From: Mobula hypostoma
Taxonomy: Eukaryota
Length of the DNA: 64,000 nucleotides
NCBI RefSeq assembly: GCF_963921235.1
Contig: NC_086106.1
Span: forward strand, 26,040,001-26,104,000
Direction of reading: 5' to 3'
Shown here piece by piece: positions 49,437 to 62,135 of this stretch (positions are counted from its first letter, which is position 1; every line of letters begins with the position of its first letter). Under the pieces are notes generated by a model that saw only the letters and a program-made list of their open reading frames with translations, was not told where the DNA came from and ran no database searches. A program made the translations under genes and the position numbers.

Positions 49437-49519
49437 ACCAGGATGGCCGAGTGGTTAAGGCGTTGGACTTAAGTTCCAATGAACAGATGTTCACGTGGGT
49501 TCGAACCCCACTCCTGGTA
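49437..49519 (+). tRNA. tRNA-Leu-TAA: tRNA-Leu (anticodon UAA)
   Basis: 83 nt, A and B boxes intact, anticodon arm TTGGA-CTTAAGT-TCCAA, variable arm TGAACA-GA-TGTTCA; TTTT ~26 nt downstream. Confidence 0.96.
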
Positions 49520-49940
49520 ATTGATTATCAGTCCCGCACCGAACTTTTCATTGTAAAAGGTATTTCGATGCATTTATTTTCCGCACCACACAGGTGGGGG
49601 GCCGTTTGGGACCAGAGACATCTCACGCATTCCACCAACCTGCTCCCGTTAACTCATTGGAATGAAAAAAGCCCGCAAACTCCTCAATCCGTTTCCAACC
49701 CCCACTGCTTCCCGTTACCCCAAACTCGAGAGATTCTGCAGATGCTGGAAATCCAGAGTAAAACACAAAAAAAAATTGCTGGACAGGAGCTCTGCAGACA
49801 GCAACTATGGAAATGATTAAACAGTCAAAGTTTCGGGCCGAGACTGGAAAGAAAAGGGGAAGACGCCAGAATAGAAGTAGGATAAGTGAGAAGATGATAG
49901 CTGGAACTGGGTGGGTGAAAACCTGGAGAAGTGGGAATCT

Positions 49941-52234
49941 GAAAATGCCAACACAAGGAAATCTACAGATGCTGGAATTTCAAGCAACACACATAAAAGT
50001 AGCTGGTGAACGCAGCAGGCCAGGCAGCATCTCTCGGAAGAGGTACAGTCGACGTTTTGGACCGAGACCCTTCGTCAGGACTAACTGAAGGAAGAGCTAG
50101 TAAGAGATTTGAAAGTGGGAGGGGGAGGGGGAGATCCAAAATGATAGGAGAAGGCAGGAGGGGGAGGGATGGAGCCAAGAGCTGGACAGTTGATTGGCAA
50201 AACGGATATGAGAGGATCATAGGACAGGAGGCCTAGGGAGAAAGAAAAGGGGGAAGGGGGGAAAAGCCCAGAGGATGGGCAAGGGGTATAGTGAGGGGGA
50301 CAGAGGGAGAAAAAGGAGAGAGAGAAAAAGAATATTTGTAGTGTCACCTCACCTGGAAGGACTGTCTGGGGCTCTGAATGGTAGTGAGGGAGGAAGTGTA
50401 AGGGCATGTGTAGCACTTGTTCCACTTACAAGGATAAGAGCCAGGGGGGAGATCGATGGGGAGGGATGGGAGGGACGAATGGACAAGGGAATCGCGTAGG
50501 GAGCGATCCCTGCGGAAAGCGGGGGCGGGGGTGCGGGGAGGGAAAGATGTGCTTAGTGGTGGGATCCCGTTGGAGGTGGTGGAAGTTACGGAGAATAATA
50601 TGTTGGACCAGGAGGCTGGTGGGGTGGTAGGTGAGGACAAGGGGAACCCTATTCCTAGTGGGGTGGCGGGAAGATGAAGTGAGAGCAGGTGTACGTGAAA
50701 TGGGGGAGATGCGTTTGAGAGCGGAGTTGATGGTGGAGGAAGGAAAGCCCCTTACTTTAAAAAAGGAGGACATCTCCCTTGTCCTGGAATGAAAAGCCTC
50801 ATCCTGACAACAGATGCGGCAGAGATGGAGGAATTGCGAGAAGGGGATGGCATTTTTGCAAGAGACAGGGTGAGAAAAGGAATACTCCAGATAGCTGTGA
50901 GAGTCAATAGGCTTATAGCAGACATCAGTAGATAAGCTGTCTCCAGAGATAGAGAAAGAAAGATCTAGAAAGGGGAGGGAGGTGTTGGAAATGGACCAGG
51001 TGAACTTGAGGGCAGGGTGAAAGTTGGAGGCAAAGTTAATGAAGTCAACGAGCTCAGCATGCGTGCAGGAAGCAGCGCCAATGCAGTCGTCGATGTAGCG
51101 AAGGAAAAGTTGGGGACAGATATCAGAATAGGTTTGGAACATAGATTGTTCCCCAAAGCCAACTAAAAGGCAGGCATAGCTAGGACCCATACGGGTGCCC
51201 ATTGCTACACCTTTAGTTTGGAGGAAGTGGGAGGAGCCAAAGGAGAAATTATTAAGAGTTAGGACTAATTCTGCTAGACGGAGCAGAGTGGTGATAGAGG
51301 GGAACTGGTTAGGTCTGGAATCCAAAAAGAAGTGGAGAGCTTTGAGACCTTCCTATTGGGGGATGGAGGTATATAGGGATTGGACATCCATGGTGAAAAT
51401 AAAGCAGTGGGGGCCAGGGAACTTAAAATCATCGAAAAGTTTCAGAGCGTGAGAAGTGTCACGAACATAGGTCGGAAGGGATTGAACAAGTGTCGAGGTA
51501 TGCAGAAACGAGTTCGGTGGGGCAGGAGCAAGCTGAGACAATAGGTCGGCCAGGACAGGCAGGTTTGTGGATCTTGGGTAGGAGGTAGAAACGGGAAGTG
51601 CGGGGTGTGGGAACTATAAGGTTGGTAGCAGTGGATGGGAGATCCCCTGAGCGGATAAAGTCGGTGATAGTGTGGGAGACAATGGCCTGGTGCTCCTTAG
51701 TGGGGTCACGATCGAGGGGTAAATAAGAGGAGGTATCCGCGAGTTGTCGCTGTGCCTCGGCAAGGTAGAGGTCAGTACGCCAGACTACAACAGCACCCCC
51801 CTTATCAGCGGGTTTAATAATAAGGTTAGGATTAGTGCGGAGGGAGTGGAGAGCAGAGCGTTCCGAAGGAGTGAGGTTGGAATGGGGACAAGGTGCGGTG
51901 AAGTCGAGACGTTGATGTCCCGTCGGCAGTTAGCAATAAAGAGATCCAGAGCAGGCAGAAGACCAGAGCGGGGTGTCCATGAAGAGGAGAAGGGTTGAAG
52001 ACGGGAGAAGTGGTCATCGGTGGGGGTGGAAGAGTCCTTGCTGAAGAAGTAGGCTCGAAGACGGAGCCGGCGGAAGAAGAGTTCAGCGTCATGGCGAACG
52101 CGGAACTCGCTGAGGTGTGCACAAAGGGAGACCAAGCGTTCTGAGCGTTCTACCTCAGACAGTTGAAGGTCGGAGGGGATGGTAAAGACCCGGCACGGAT
52201 GAGACCTGGGATCAGAGGCGGGAGGTGGGAATCT
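49941..52234 (-). mobile_element. Penelope-like element, 5'-truncated, lacking the GIY-YIG region
   Basis: ORF 50426-51325 with GVAMGTRMGPSYA, LRYIDD and LPFLDL; flanked by direct repeat GTGGGAATCT (49931-49940 and 52225-52234); empty site at ~421-433. Confidence 0.92.
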
Positions 52235-53689
52235 AATAGGAGAAGAGTAGACCATGTGAGAAAGGGAAAATGGACGGACGCCATGGGGGTGTGGTAGGCA
52301 GGTGAGGAGAAGAGCCAGAGTGGGGAATAGAAGAAATCGGAAGGAGCAGGAGGGGAAACAATTACTGTAAGGAAAAATCAATATCGATGCAATAAATTGG
52401 AGCCTACCTCGACGGATTATGAGGTGCTGTTCCACCGAGGTCTCACCTTGGCAGAAGGGGAGACCATACAGTCCAGTACAACATGTCAGAAAGGGAATGA
52501 GAATAAGAATTAAAATGGTTGGCACCGGGAAGTTCGGTTTTTGGTTTTGGCAGATGAAGTGAAGGTGTTAGACAAAGCAGTCCCTCAATGTCCATTGGGT
52601 CTCACCAATTCCGGGTATCGGGAGCTCTGGGTAAATAAAGGTATCCAATGCCCTCGATACTCTGATTCCCGAGAAAGGAGCGCCTCACCTGGGAACAGAT
52701 GCAGCGGAGATGAAGAATAGCGTTTTTACAGGAGACAGGCTAGCGGGAGGTATAGCTAAGATAATCCTTGGGATATAAAAGATGTCAGTAGACAGTTTGT
52801 CTCCAGAGATGGAGACAGAGAGATCGAGGAATGGGAGAGGGGCCTGAAATGCACCAAGTGAAAGCAAGGGCATGGTGGAGGTTGGAGGCAAAGCTGATGA
52901 AATTGACAAACTCAACATGGACTCATGAAGCAACACCAATGCAGCCATCAACGTAGCGCAGAAAGAGCTGGGAGCATTACCTTGGAAAGCTTGAAACATG
53001 GACTCCTCCACATAGACAATGAAAAGAGAGGCATGAGGCCACTGCTTCCTCTTTGGGGAACAGGTGTGTGGCCGCAGAGTAACTGAAATGCTCCCGCGCA
53101 CATAGCCTTTGTTACCACGCAGTGGAACTTTCTTTTATATAATGACAATATAAGTTTTCTTTACTGTACTGCATTATACCCTTCAATTAATAAATTGAAT
53201 TAAAAGAACGCGATTTTTTCAAGGTTCATTCTAAATATTCACATCATGCATATTACAAAAAAAATTAAAATGCCTTGCAGTTTTCAGGCCATGTAAAAAT
53301 TTCCTGCTCAGAATAATAGTTGGTCCGCAGAGCTATAAAAGCAAAATTAGAGGGACGTTGCCCATACACTTCACCCTGTGTACTTTCCTGAGAACGGCTC
53401 CACTTGACCGTTTCCTACACAACACAGCCTCACCGTCCAAACCCGGGATCTCCAGCTTCTGTATCATCTTCCAGTCTTTCTTGTCCTCCTCCCTCTTGTT
53501 CTCTCTACCTCTCCTCTTTTTTTCTCTCTTTCCTTTCCTCCCGTCCTCCACCTGCACTCATCTGCCCATCATAGAGCAATATACTACCAAGAAATGGGCC
53601 CTTCGGTTCAATTCGTCCACAACGAGCAGAATATCCATCCGAGATAGCCCTATTTGCTCGTGTTTTGGTCCATATCCCTTGAAACCTTT

Positions 53690-54170
53690 CCGAACAAGGT
53701 ACCTCCAAATAAATGTCTTTTAAACATTGTAATATCCCACCCCCGTACCTACAGCTTCCTCTGAACGTTCGTTCTACACACCCACCACCCTTTACATTAA
53801 AAGTGTACTGCCCATGTCTCCTTTCAATATTTCCCCTCGCGTCTTAACCTCTGCCCTTTAGTTTTAGACTCCCCTACTCTGGGAACATAAGAACATGAGA
53901 AATAGGAGCAGGAGTCGGCCATCTGGCCCGTCGAGCCTGCTCCGCCATTAATAAGATCATGGCTGATCTGGCCATGGACTCATCTCCACCTACTTGCCTT
54001 TTCCCCATAACCCTTAGTTCTCGACTATGCAGAAATCTATCCAACCTTTTTTTAAAATGTATTTACTGAGGTAGCCTTCACTGCCTCATTGGGCAAAGAA
54101 TTCAACAGATTCACCATTCTCTGGAAAAAGCAGTTCCTTCTCATCTCCATCCTAAATCTACTCCCCCGAA
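53690..54170 (-). mobile_element. Two CR1 3' fragments
   Basis: GAACATAAGAACATGAGAAATAGGAGCAGG (reverse complement of a CR1 tail) at ~53883 and RFRMEMRRNCFFQRMVNL peptide. Confidence 0.75.
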
Positions 54171-54368
54171 TCTTTATCCTCAACCATCCTGTGGAGAGCA
54201 CCGCCCTCGAATCCTCCTCTCCCCCCTCCCCCACACCACGGGGGACAACGTCCCATCAGAGATAGGGGGAGAGTTCCAAAAGCCTCCCTCTTTCTGCCTC
54301 ACGGCCTGAGACCGAGCGACTGTCCCATGTCCATCTTTACGCCTCCCACACAGCGCCGGCTGGCACGG

Positions 54369-54560
54369 GGGGCGGGGCTGGCGGGGTGTCGCGGTAATGT
54401 ATAAAACCAGCGCCTCCTAATGGCCCACTTGGCTGCGATCTCCTCAGTCCTCTCTTTCCTTGGAAACTGCTTTGGGTTCCCTTTTCCTTCGGCTGTCCAC
54501 CGATTTCCGGTTCAAATCCCCGCCTCTATTCCTACGTATTCCTCTGGCAGAGTAAGCAGC
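54369..54560 (+). promoter_or_regulatory. Candidate Pol II core promoter and first exon (GC box, TATA, Inr, splice donor)
   Basis: GGGGCGGGGC 54369-54378, TATAAAA 54400-54406, CCACTT with A at 54427, GTAAGC at ~54552; no downstream coding exon found. Confidence 0.35.
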
Positions 54561-54570
54561 CCCCAGCCCC

Positions 54571-54615
<45 letters not shown>

Positions 54616-55971
54616 CCGGGCTATCTGACTCTGATGTGTCTCCAACCACTTCCCTATTGGTAACTACGTCTATTCCCAATCATCTATCACCCTGTCCTCT
54701 TCTCTCTATTCTGCCTTCTGCCCATCCATATTGAGGCGATCTGTATATCTACAGATCGCACCTACGAGGCTAACCGGTCCGTTTCGCCTTCAAGAAGTGG
54801 TGCCTTAAGACGCAGACGTTTATCAAGAGACCTCCACCACCCGGGACATAACCTCTTCTCGTTACTAGGAAGAGAAAATCTACTGATGCTGGAAATCTCA
54901 TTTTGTGTGTAATTTTTGTTACTACCATCGGGAGGCGCTACAGGACCAGAAGACTCACTGAACGATTCGGGAACAGCCTTTCCCACTCAGACATCTGAAT
55001 TCTGAATTTTGACCGATGCATGAACCCATAAGCGCTAGTTCATAATTCCTCGTTTTATGTCTATTATTTTGTGATTTGCAGTAACTTTAAGGCTCAGCAA
55101 ATTTATTACTGCCGCAAAATAACAAATTTCACATCATATGTCAGTGATAATAAGTCTGATTCTGAATCTTGTCCTGATGGAGGTTCTCGGCCCCGAACTG
55201 TTTATTCCCCTCAGTATATTCTTTCCGACCTGCTGACTTCCTCCAGCATTTTGTGTGTATTGCTCTGGTTTCTCCAAAGATCTGCAGAATCTCCAGTGAA
55301 TCATTTATCTCTCTATCTACCTATCTATCTATCTATCTACCAGTCTATCTCTATCTCTCGACTCTCCCACACCCCACCCCCCCCCACCCCTGCAGAGGAC
55401 ACAATCCCTTCATTAAAAAGATATTACACGAAAGTCTGTGTGACTCCCAATGCCACTGACTCTGTCACTCTGTCCTTATTCCTCTTTCTACTTCTTCTCA
55501 TCCTCTTTGTTTTCTCACTCTATCTCTTTATCTCTCTTGGCCTCTCGCATTCACAGCGTCTTTGCCTCTATTTCGGTCTCTCGATCTTCCTGTGAACATA
55601 CAATACCAGACCAAATCTACATGTTCAACTGACTGTCAATTCCTTGTCCAAACATGTGTCTATCTCTGATTATACAACACTGAAACAAGTCAAACTGCCC
55701 ACCATATGTTGATCAAGCATCAAGTTCCTATCTACATGAATCGTTGCAGATGAGCAACATCCACAACATGCTGGAGTGACTCAACAGGCCAGGCAGCATT
55801 GATGGAAAGGACTACTGTTGACGTTTCAGGCCAAAACCCTTTGGCAGGCTTGCTGAGTTCCAGCATCTGAATATTTTCTCTTGTTTGCACTTGCAGTTAG
55901 GACTCATTTGCAGCAGCCTAGCCCATAGCTCCTCTGCCTTGGTAATTCAGGAATTTAAGTAGGTAATATAA

Positions 55972-58900
55972 GTTGTCCTATCCACCTATGGATGCCCTGG
56001 AAAGTACATTCGAATCCTGAGACTCCTCCACGATGGCATGCTTGCCACAGTCATGGTCAGCAACAGTAATTGTGAGTCTTTTCAAGTCAGATCAGGAGTA
56101 AAACAGGGATGCGTGATTGCCCCAACTTTGTTCACCATCTTCATTGCGACAATCATCCACATTATCAAGGGCAACCTACCCCCAGGAACCAAAATTGTCT
56201 ACAGAAAAGATGGCAGACTTTTCAATCTTGCCCATCTCAAATCCAAAATGAAGACATCCACGAGTTCCCTCATCGAGTTCCAATACGCAGATGACAACAG
56301 TGTTGCAGCTCTTTCAGAGAACCACCTACAACAGATTCTGACTGCCTTCAACCTTGCATACACGAAACTTGGACTTACCATCAATTCCAAGAAGACTCAG
56401 ATCATCTATCAACCGTCACCAATTGAGACAAATCAGATTGAACCATCGATTCAACTTGGCGAAACAACGCTGGGAAATGTGGACCATTTTCCGTATCTTG
56501 GAAGTCACCTCTCCTCCAATGTCGACCTTAATGATGAGATCTAACATCATCTTCAATGCGCTGGAACAGATTTTGGACATCTCCGAACAAGAGTCTTTCA
56601 TGATCGTGACATCCAAACAGACACCAAAATGTTAGTGTACAAAGCAGTAGTAATCCCAACGCTCCAGTATGCATCAGAAACCTGGACAACATACCGACGA
56701 CATCTGAAGGCACTTGAAAAGTTCCATCAACTCCGTCTTCGAAACATCTTAAATATCAGTTGGGAAGATAGAAGAACCAACGTCAGTGTGCTAAATGAAG
56801 CAAAAACAAGAGGCATTGAAGCCTACGTCATCAAGAACCAACTAAGATGGAGTGGTCATGCTTTTCGGATGAAAGACGAACATCTGCCGAAATAAATCTT
56901 CTACTCCCAGCTTAAAGAATGCAAACGTAAAAGAGACAGACAACAGAAGAGGTTCAAAGACGTCTTAAAAGCCAACATGAAGAAATGTAACATCAACATC
57001 AACAACTGGGAAACCAATGCCAAGGACAGGAAACTCTGGCAAACCATCATCCAAGCTTTTATAGATATGTAAAAAGGAAAAGACTGTTAAAGATAAATGT
57101 ACGTCCCCTACAGACAGAAACAGGTGAATTGATTATGGGGAGCAAGGACATGGCAGATCAATTGAATAATTACTTTGGTTCTGTCGTCACTAAGGAGGAC
57201 ATAAATAATCTTGCAGAAATAGTAGGGGACAGAGGGTCCAGTGAGATGGAGGAACTGAGGGAAATACATGTTAGTAAGGAAGTGATGTTAGGTAAATTGA
57301 AGGGATTGAAGGCAGATAAATCCCCAGGGCCAGATGGTCTGCATCCTAGAGTGCTTAAGGAGGTAGCCCAAGAAATAGTGGATGTATTAGTGATAATTTT
57401 TCAAAACTCGTTAGATTCTGGACTAGTTCCTGAGGATTGGAGGGTGGCTAATGTAACCCCACTTTTTAAAAAAGGAGGGAGAGAGAAACCGGGGAATTAT
57501 AGACCGGTGAGCCTAACATCGGAGGTGGAGAAACTGCTGGAGTCAGTTATCAAAGATGTGATAACAGCACATTTGGAAAGCGGTGAAATCATCGCACAAA
57601 GTCAGCATGGATTTGTGAAAGGAAAATCATGTCTGACGAATCTCATAGAATTTTTTGAGGATGTAACTAGTAGAGCGGATAGGGGAGAACCAGTGGATGT
57701 GGTATATTTGGATTTTCAAAAGGCTTTTGACAAGGTCCCACACAGGAGATTAGTGTGCAAACTTAAAGCACACGGTATTGAGGGTAAGGTATTGATGTGG
57801 ATGCAGAATTGGTTAGCAGACAGGAAGCAAAGAGTGGGAATAAACGGGACCTTTTCAGAATGGCAGGCGGTGACTAGTGGGGTACCGCAAGGCTCAGCGC
57901 TGCGACCCCAGTTGTTTACAATATATATTAATGACTTGGATGAGGGAATTAAATGCAGCATCTCCAAGTTTGCGGATGACACGAAGCTGGGTGGCAGTGT
58001 TAGCTGTGAGGAGGATGCTAAGAGGATGCAGAGTGACTTGGATAGATTGGGTGAGTGGGCAAATTCATGGCAGATGCAATTTAATGTGGATAAATGTGAA
58101 GTTATCCACTTTGGTGGCAAAAATAGAAAAGAAAACAGATTATTATCTGAATGGTGGCCGATTAGGAAAAGGGGAGCTGCAACGAGACCTGGGTGTCATT
58201 ATACACCAGTCATTGAAAGTGGGCATGCAGGTACAGCAGGCGGTGAAAAAGGCGAACGGTATGCTGGCATTTATAGCGAGAGGATTCGAGTACAGGAGCA
58301 GGGAGGTACTACTGCAGTTGTACAAGGCCTTGGTGAGACCACACCTGGAGTATTGTGTGCAGTTTTGGTCCCCTAATCTGAGGAAAGACATCCATGTCAT
58401 AGAGGGAGTACAAAGAAGGTTCACCAGATTGATTCCTGGGATGGCAGGACTTTCATATGAAGAAAGAGGGGATGAACTGGGCTTGTACTCGTTGGAATTT
58501 AGAAGATTGAGGGGGGATCTGATTAAAACGTATAAAATCCTAAAGGGATTGGACAGGCTAGATGCAGGAAGATTGTTCCCGATGTTGGGGAAGTCCAGAA
58601 CAAGGGGTCACAGTTTGAGGATAAAGGGGAAGCCTTTTAGGACCGAGATTAGGAAAAACTTCTTCACACAGAGAGTGGTGAATCTGTGGAATTCTCTGCC
58701 GCAGGAAACAGTTGAGGCCATTTCATTGGCTATATTTAAGAGGGAGTTAGATATGGCCCTTGTGGCTACGGGGATCAGGGGGTATGGAGGGAAGGCTGGG
58801 GCGGGGTTGTGAGTTGGATGATCAGCCATGATCACAATAAATGGCGGTGCAGGCTCGAGGGGCCGAATGGCCTACTCCTGCACCTATTTTCTATGTTTCT

Positions 58901-59144
58901 ATGTTTCTATGTAAGAAGGAACAGCAACTTTTGAAGCCAACAGATGTGCAGAATTAGAAGAAAATGGAAAGAGAGGCAACAACAAACAAAGCCTGACCTG
59001 CCATCTGGAACTACCTGTCCTGAATGCGGAAGAACTTTCAAAACCGAGATTGGACACATAAGCCACTTGAGAGCCCATAAATAGATCAACAGAATGAAGT
59101 CCATCATCCTGGACCTTGAGGGATAGCCACGACGATGACAACAA
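55972..59144 (+). mobile_element. RTE (BovB-like) LINE, 5'-truncated, interrupted by a CR1
   Basis: GVKQGCVIAPTLF, FQYADD and QLRWSGH motifs (ORFs 56038-56544, 56629-56895); GACGATGACAACAA tail; absent at the paralogous site ~2790. Confidence 0.93.
57056..58912 (+). mobile_element. Young 5'-truncated CR1 nested in the RTE
   Basis: RT ORFs 57129-58376 and 57877-58812 (one frameshift, KFADD); (TTTCTATG)n tail; AAG duplicated at both junctions. Confidence 0.96.
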
Positions 59145-61348
59145 CATGAGAGTTTCTCATGATTCAGGGATGTCATCCTCTCCAGCAAAAGAACTCTTCA
59201 GTCCTCAAAAAGTGGTATGAAGCAGGGGTCAAGGCAAAGGTGAACATCTCCAGGTCCATGACCTGAAGAGAAAGATTTGTGCTCACCAGCATGCTTCCAA
59301 AATGGAACATTTCATCCTGCATTTCACCCAGACTCTGGATGTCTGAACAACGGACATGAACAAGCTCAGAACATTTGCTTTTAAAGGCCACATCCTGCCC
59401 ATTCATTGCATCCATCATACACATGAATGGTTTTGAGTATGAGGTAGGAAGTGTGACTAGCTTGCAGATGATCCCAAATTTGAGGAGTTTTCTCTTTGGA
59501 GCAAAGGAAGAAAGTGTAGAAGATTACAAGAGGAATCAATTCTGTGGATAGTCAGAGCCTATATTTCTCCCACAGCAACAATGGTTAATACCAGAGAATA
59601 TTGTTTCAAGAAGAGTGGAGGAAAGTTTAGTGCAGATGTCAGATGTAGGATTTTTCACAGAGAGTGATAAGTGGCTGTAGCACACTTTTGGGAATGGTAG
59701 TAGAGGCAGATACATTAGGGACACAAGAGACCGTTGGATAAACATAGGAATGAAATAGAAAGGGTCATGGGCAGATTGGGAGTGAAAGGTCAAATTGATC
59801 AGAGAGTAGAATAAAAGATTGGCACAACATCATGGGGTGAAAAGCTGTTCTATGTTCTTTCTATGTTCTAAAATTGGCGGTGTAATAGACAGTGAAGAAG
59901 GTCGTCTCAGGTTACAGTGGGATATTGGTCAATTGGACAAGCGAGCTGAGGAATAGCAGGTGGAATTTACCTCAAACAGGTGAGAAATGATGAAGTTTCA
60001 GAACATCATCTAGGGAGGGGCAACATACACAATGAATGCTGAGGAGTATTGTAGAAGAAATAGTCGTTCTGCTATAGGTACAAAGTATCCTAAAACTGAC
60101 ACAGATAGACAAGATGGTGAAGAAGGCATTAGACACACTTACCTTCATTGCATGGGGTACCAAATACAGGAGTTGGGATGACATGCTGCAGCTGTACAAG
60201 AATTTGGGGAGACCAAACCTGGAGTACTGTGTGCAATTCTAGGAAGGATGTGACTGAGTTGGCCAGGGTATAGAAAAGATTGACAAGGATGTTGCCAGGA
60301 AGGGAGTGCTTGGATTATGAGGCAAAATTGAATGGGCTGGGCAATGGAAAAAGATGGAGGGATTCAAAGGATAAGGCAGCATCTATTGAGAGAAATGGCT
60401 ACAGGAATGATATTGTGAAACTGGAAAAGGGTCAGAAAAGATTCAAGGTGGAGAGAGAAGGGGGGAAAGAGGGAGCATTGCACTGGAGAGAGCACAGAGG
60501 AGATTCCCCAGGATGTTGCCGGCACTGGAGGGCTTGAGTTATAAAGAGAAACTCGGTAGACTGGGATCATTTTCACGTGAGTGAAGGAAGCTCAGATGTG
60601 ACAAGATAGTTTTATAACATTGTGTGTGCTATAGATTGAGCTAAGCATCTACTTCCCATGGTGTTGTTGTCTAAAACTAGAGAGAATAGGTTTAAGGTGA
60701 GAAGGAAGATGATTAAAAGGAATCACTGGGGATAAACAGTAAACATAGATCATTATTAATGTTGCAGAATTTTTTTATGAGATCTTCCATTATGAGCTAG
60801 GAGCTCCAAAGTACCAGCTGAAGTTTGGCAGTGAAACTTATATCAAGGCAGAGAGTGTAGGGTGGGCAACACTTGACTGGATTTCAAGAGGATTTCTGTC
60901 GACTGTATCCCTCGTGTGTAATCACAAATGGTTCATTTTACTCTCACCATCAGTAAAATTACTGCCAAGGTAACCCACCTAATTTTTCAAAAATTAGGAT
61001 GTCTCTTCTAAATAAACATTTGAGGGCTGCTCATTCCAAGGGAGAGCAGCTGCGGTAATGCTCCATGTCTTATTCTGACTGCTCAGCAAGGGGAAAGAAA
61101 AGTTCCATTATTTGTCTGTCCATGTTTCTGCTACTGAAAACATTGCCTCCAACTTTTAGGCCGAGCATAAGTTAACTGGCTATCGTAAGTTGCCTGATTG
61201 TGAGTGTCGCAGAAGGAATAAGGAGATTAAAAGCTGAAGAACAGCTGAGCACTTAGCACGACTTCCCCAGAGCTCGAGTGAACCTGGTTCAATCCTGAGT
61301 TCAGTAGATGGAAACTGGGATGATCCACCGGAGGGGCTGGTGGAAGTA

Positions 61349-62135
61349 CGAAGGGTGATAGATAAGTTCGTGGTCTAAGGTAGGACTCAGTTTTAGAAAA
61401 CCTAGCACATTTATTTTTCAACATAGTCCCTTCTCACATTTACACACTTAGTCCAGCGGTCGTGAAGCATACGGATCCCTTCTTTGTAGAATTCGGCGCC
61501 TTGGACCTCCAGAAAGTGGTCCACAGCAGGAGTGATTGATAAGATAGAAGGAGATGTGTTATACAGTTCTCGTTACATGCACTTGCAGTTCAATTCTTTG
61601 AGTGATTATGTGAAAAGTTTGAAGTTAATAACTCATCTCCTTCTACCTTAGGCCACGAACTTATCAATCACCCCCGCTGTGGACCACTTTCCCGAGGTCC
61701 AAGGCGCTGATTTCTACAAAGAAGGGATCGGTGTGCTCCACGACCGCTGGGCTAAGTGTGTAAATGTAGGAGGGGCAAACACGAGGAAATCTGCAGATGC
61801 TGGAAATTCAAGCAACACGCATCAAAGTTGTTGGTGAACGCAGCAGGCAAGGCAGCATCTATAGGAAGAGGTACAGTCGACGTTTCAGGCTGAGACCCTT
61901 CATCAGGACTAACTGAAAGAAGAGCTAGTAAGAGATCTCCTACTAGCTCTTCTTTCAGTTAGTCCTGACGAAGGGTCTTGGCCCGAAACATCGACTGTAC
62001 CTCTTCCTAGAGATGCTGCCTGGCCTGCTGTGTTCACCTGCAACTTTGAAATGTAGGAGGGGACTACGTTGAAAAATAAATGTGCTAGGTTTTCTAAGAT
62101 TGCCCTTAGGCCACGAACTTATCAATCACCCCCTG
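61349..62135. mobile_element. Foldback Tc1/mariner-type non-autonomous element (MITE)
   Basis: TA on both sides (61347-61348, 62136-62137); ~32-bp imperfect TIRs CGAAGGGTGATAGATAAGTTCGTGGTCTAAGG and CCTTAGGCCACGAACTTATCAATCACCCCCTG; long internal inverted arms; absent at ~5460. Confidence 0.88.
61776..62048. mobile_element. Palindromic Penelope terminal-repeat insertion
   Basis: Sequence matches the end of the 49941 element followed by its own reverse complement; 14-bp TSD AAATGTAGGAGGGG (61762-61775 and 62049-62062). Confidence 0.85.

Noticed and set aside
53381-53560. Minus-strand exon-like stretch EEDKKDWKMIQKLEIPGLD followed by GTGAG
   Set aside because: There is no polypyrimidine acceptor or start context, and I recognise no protein family.
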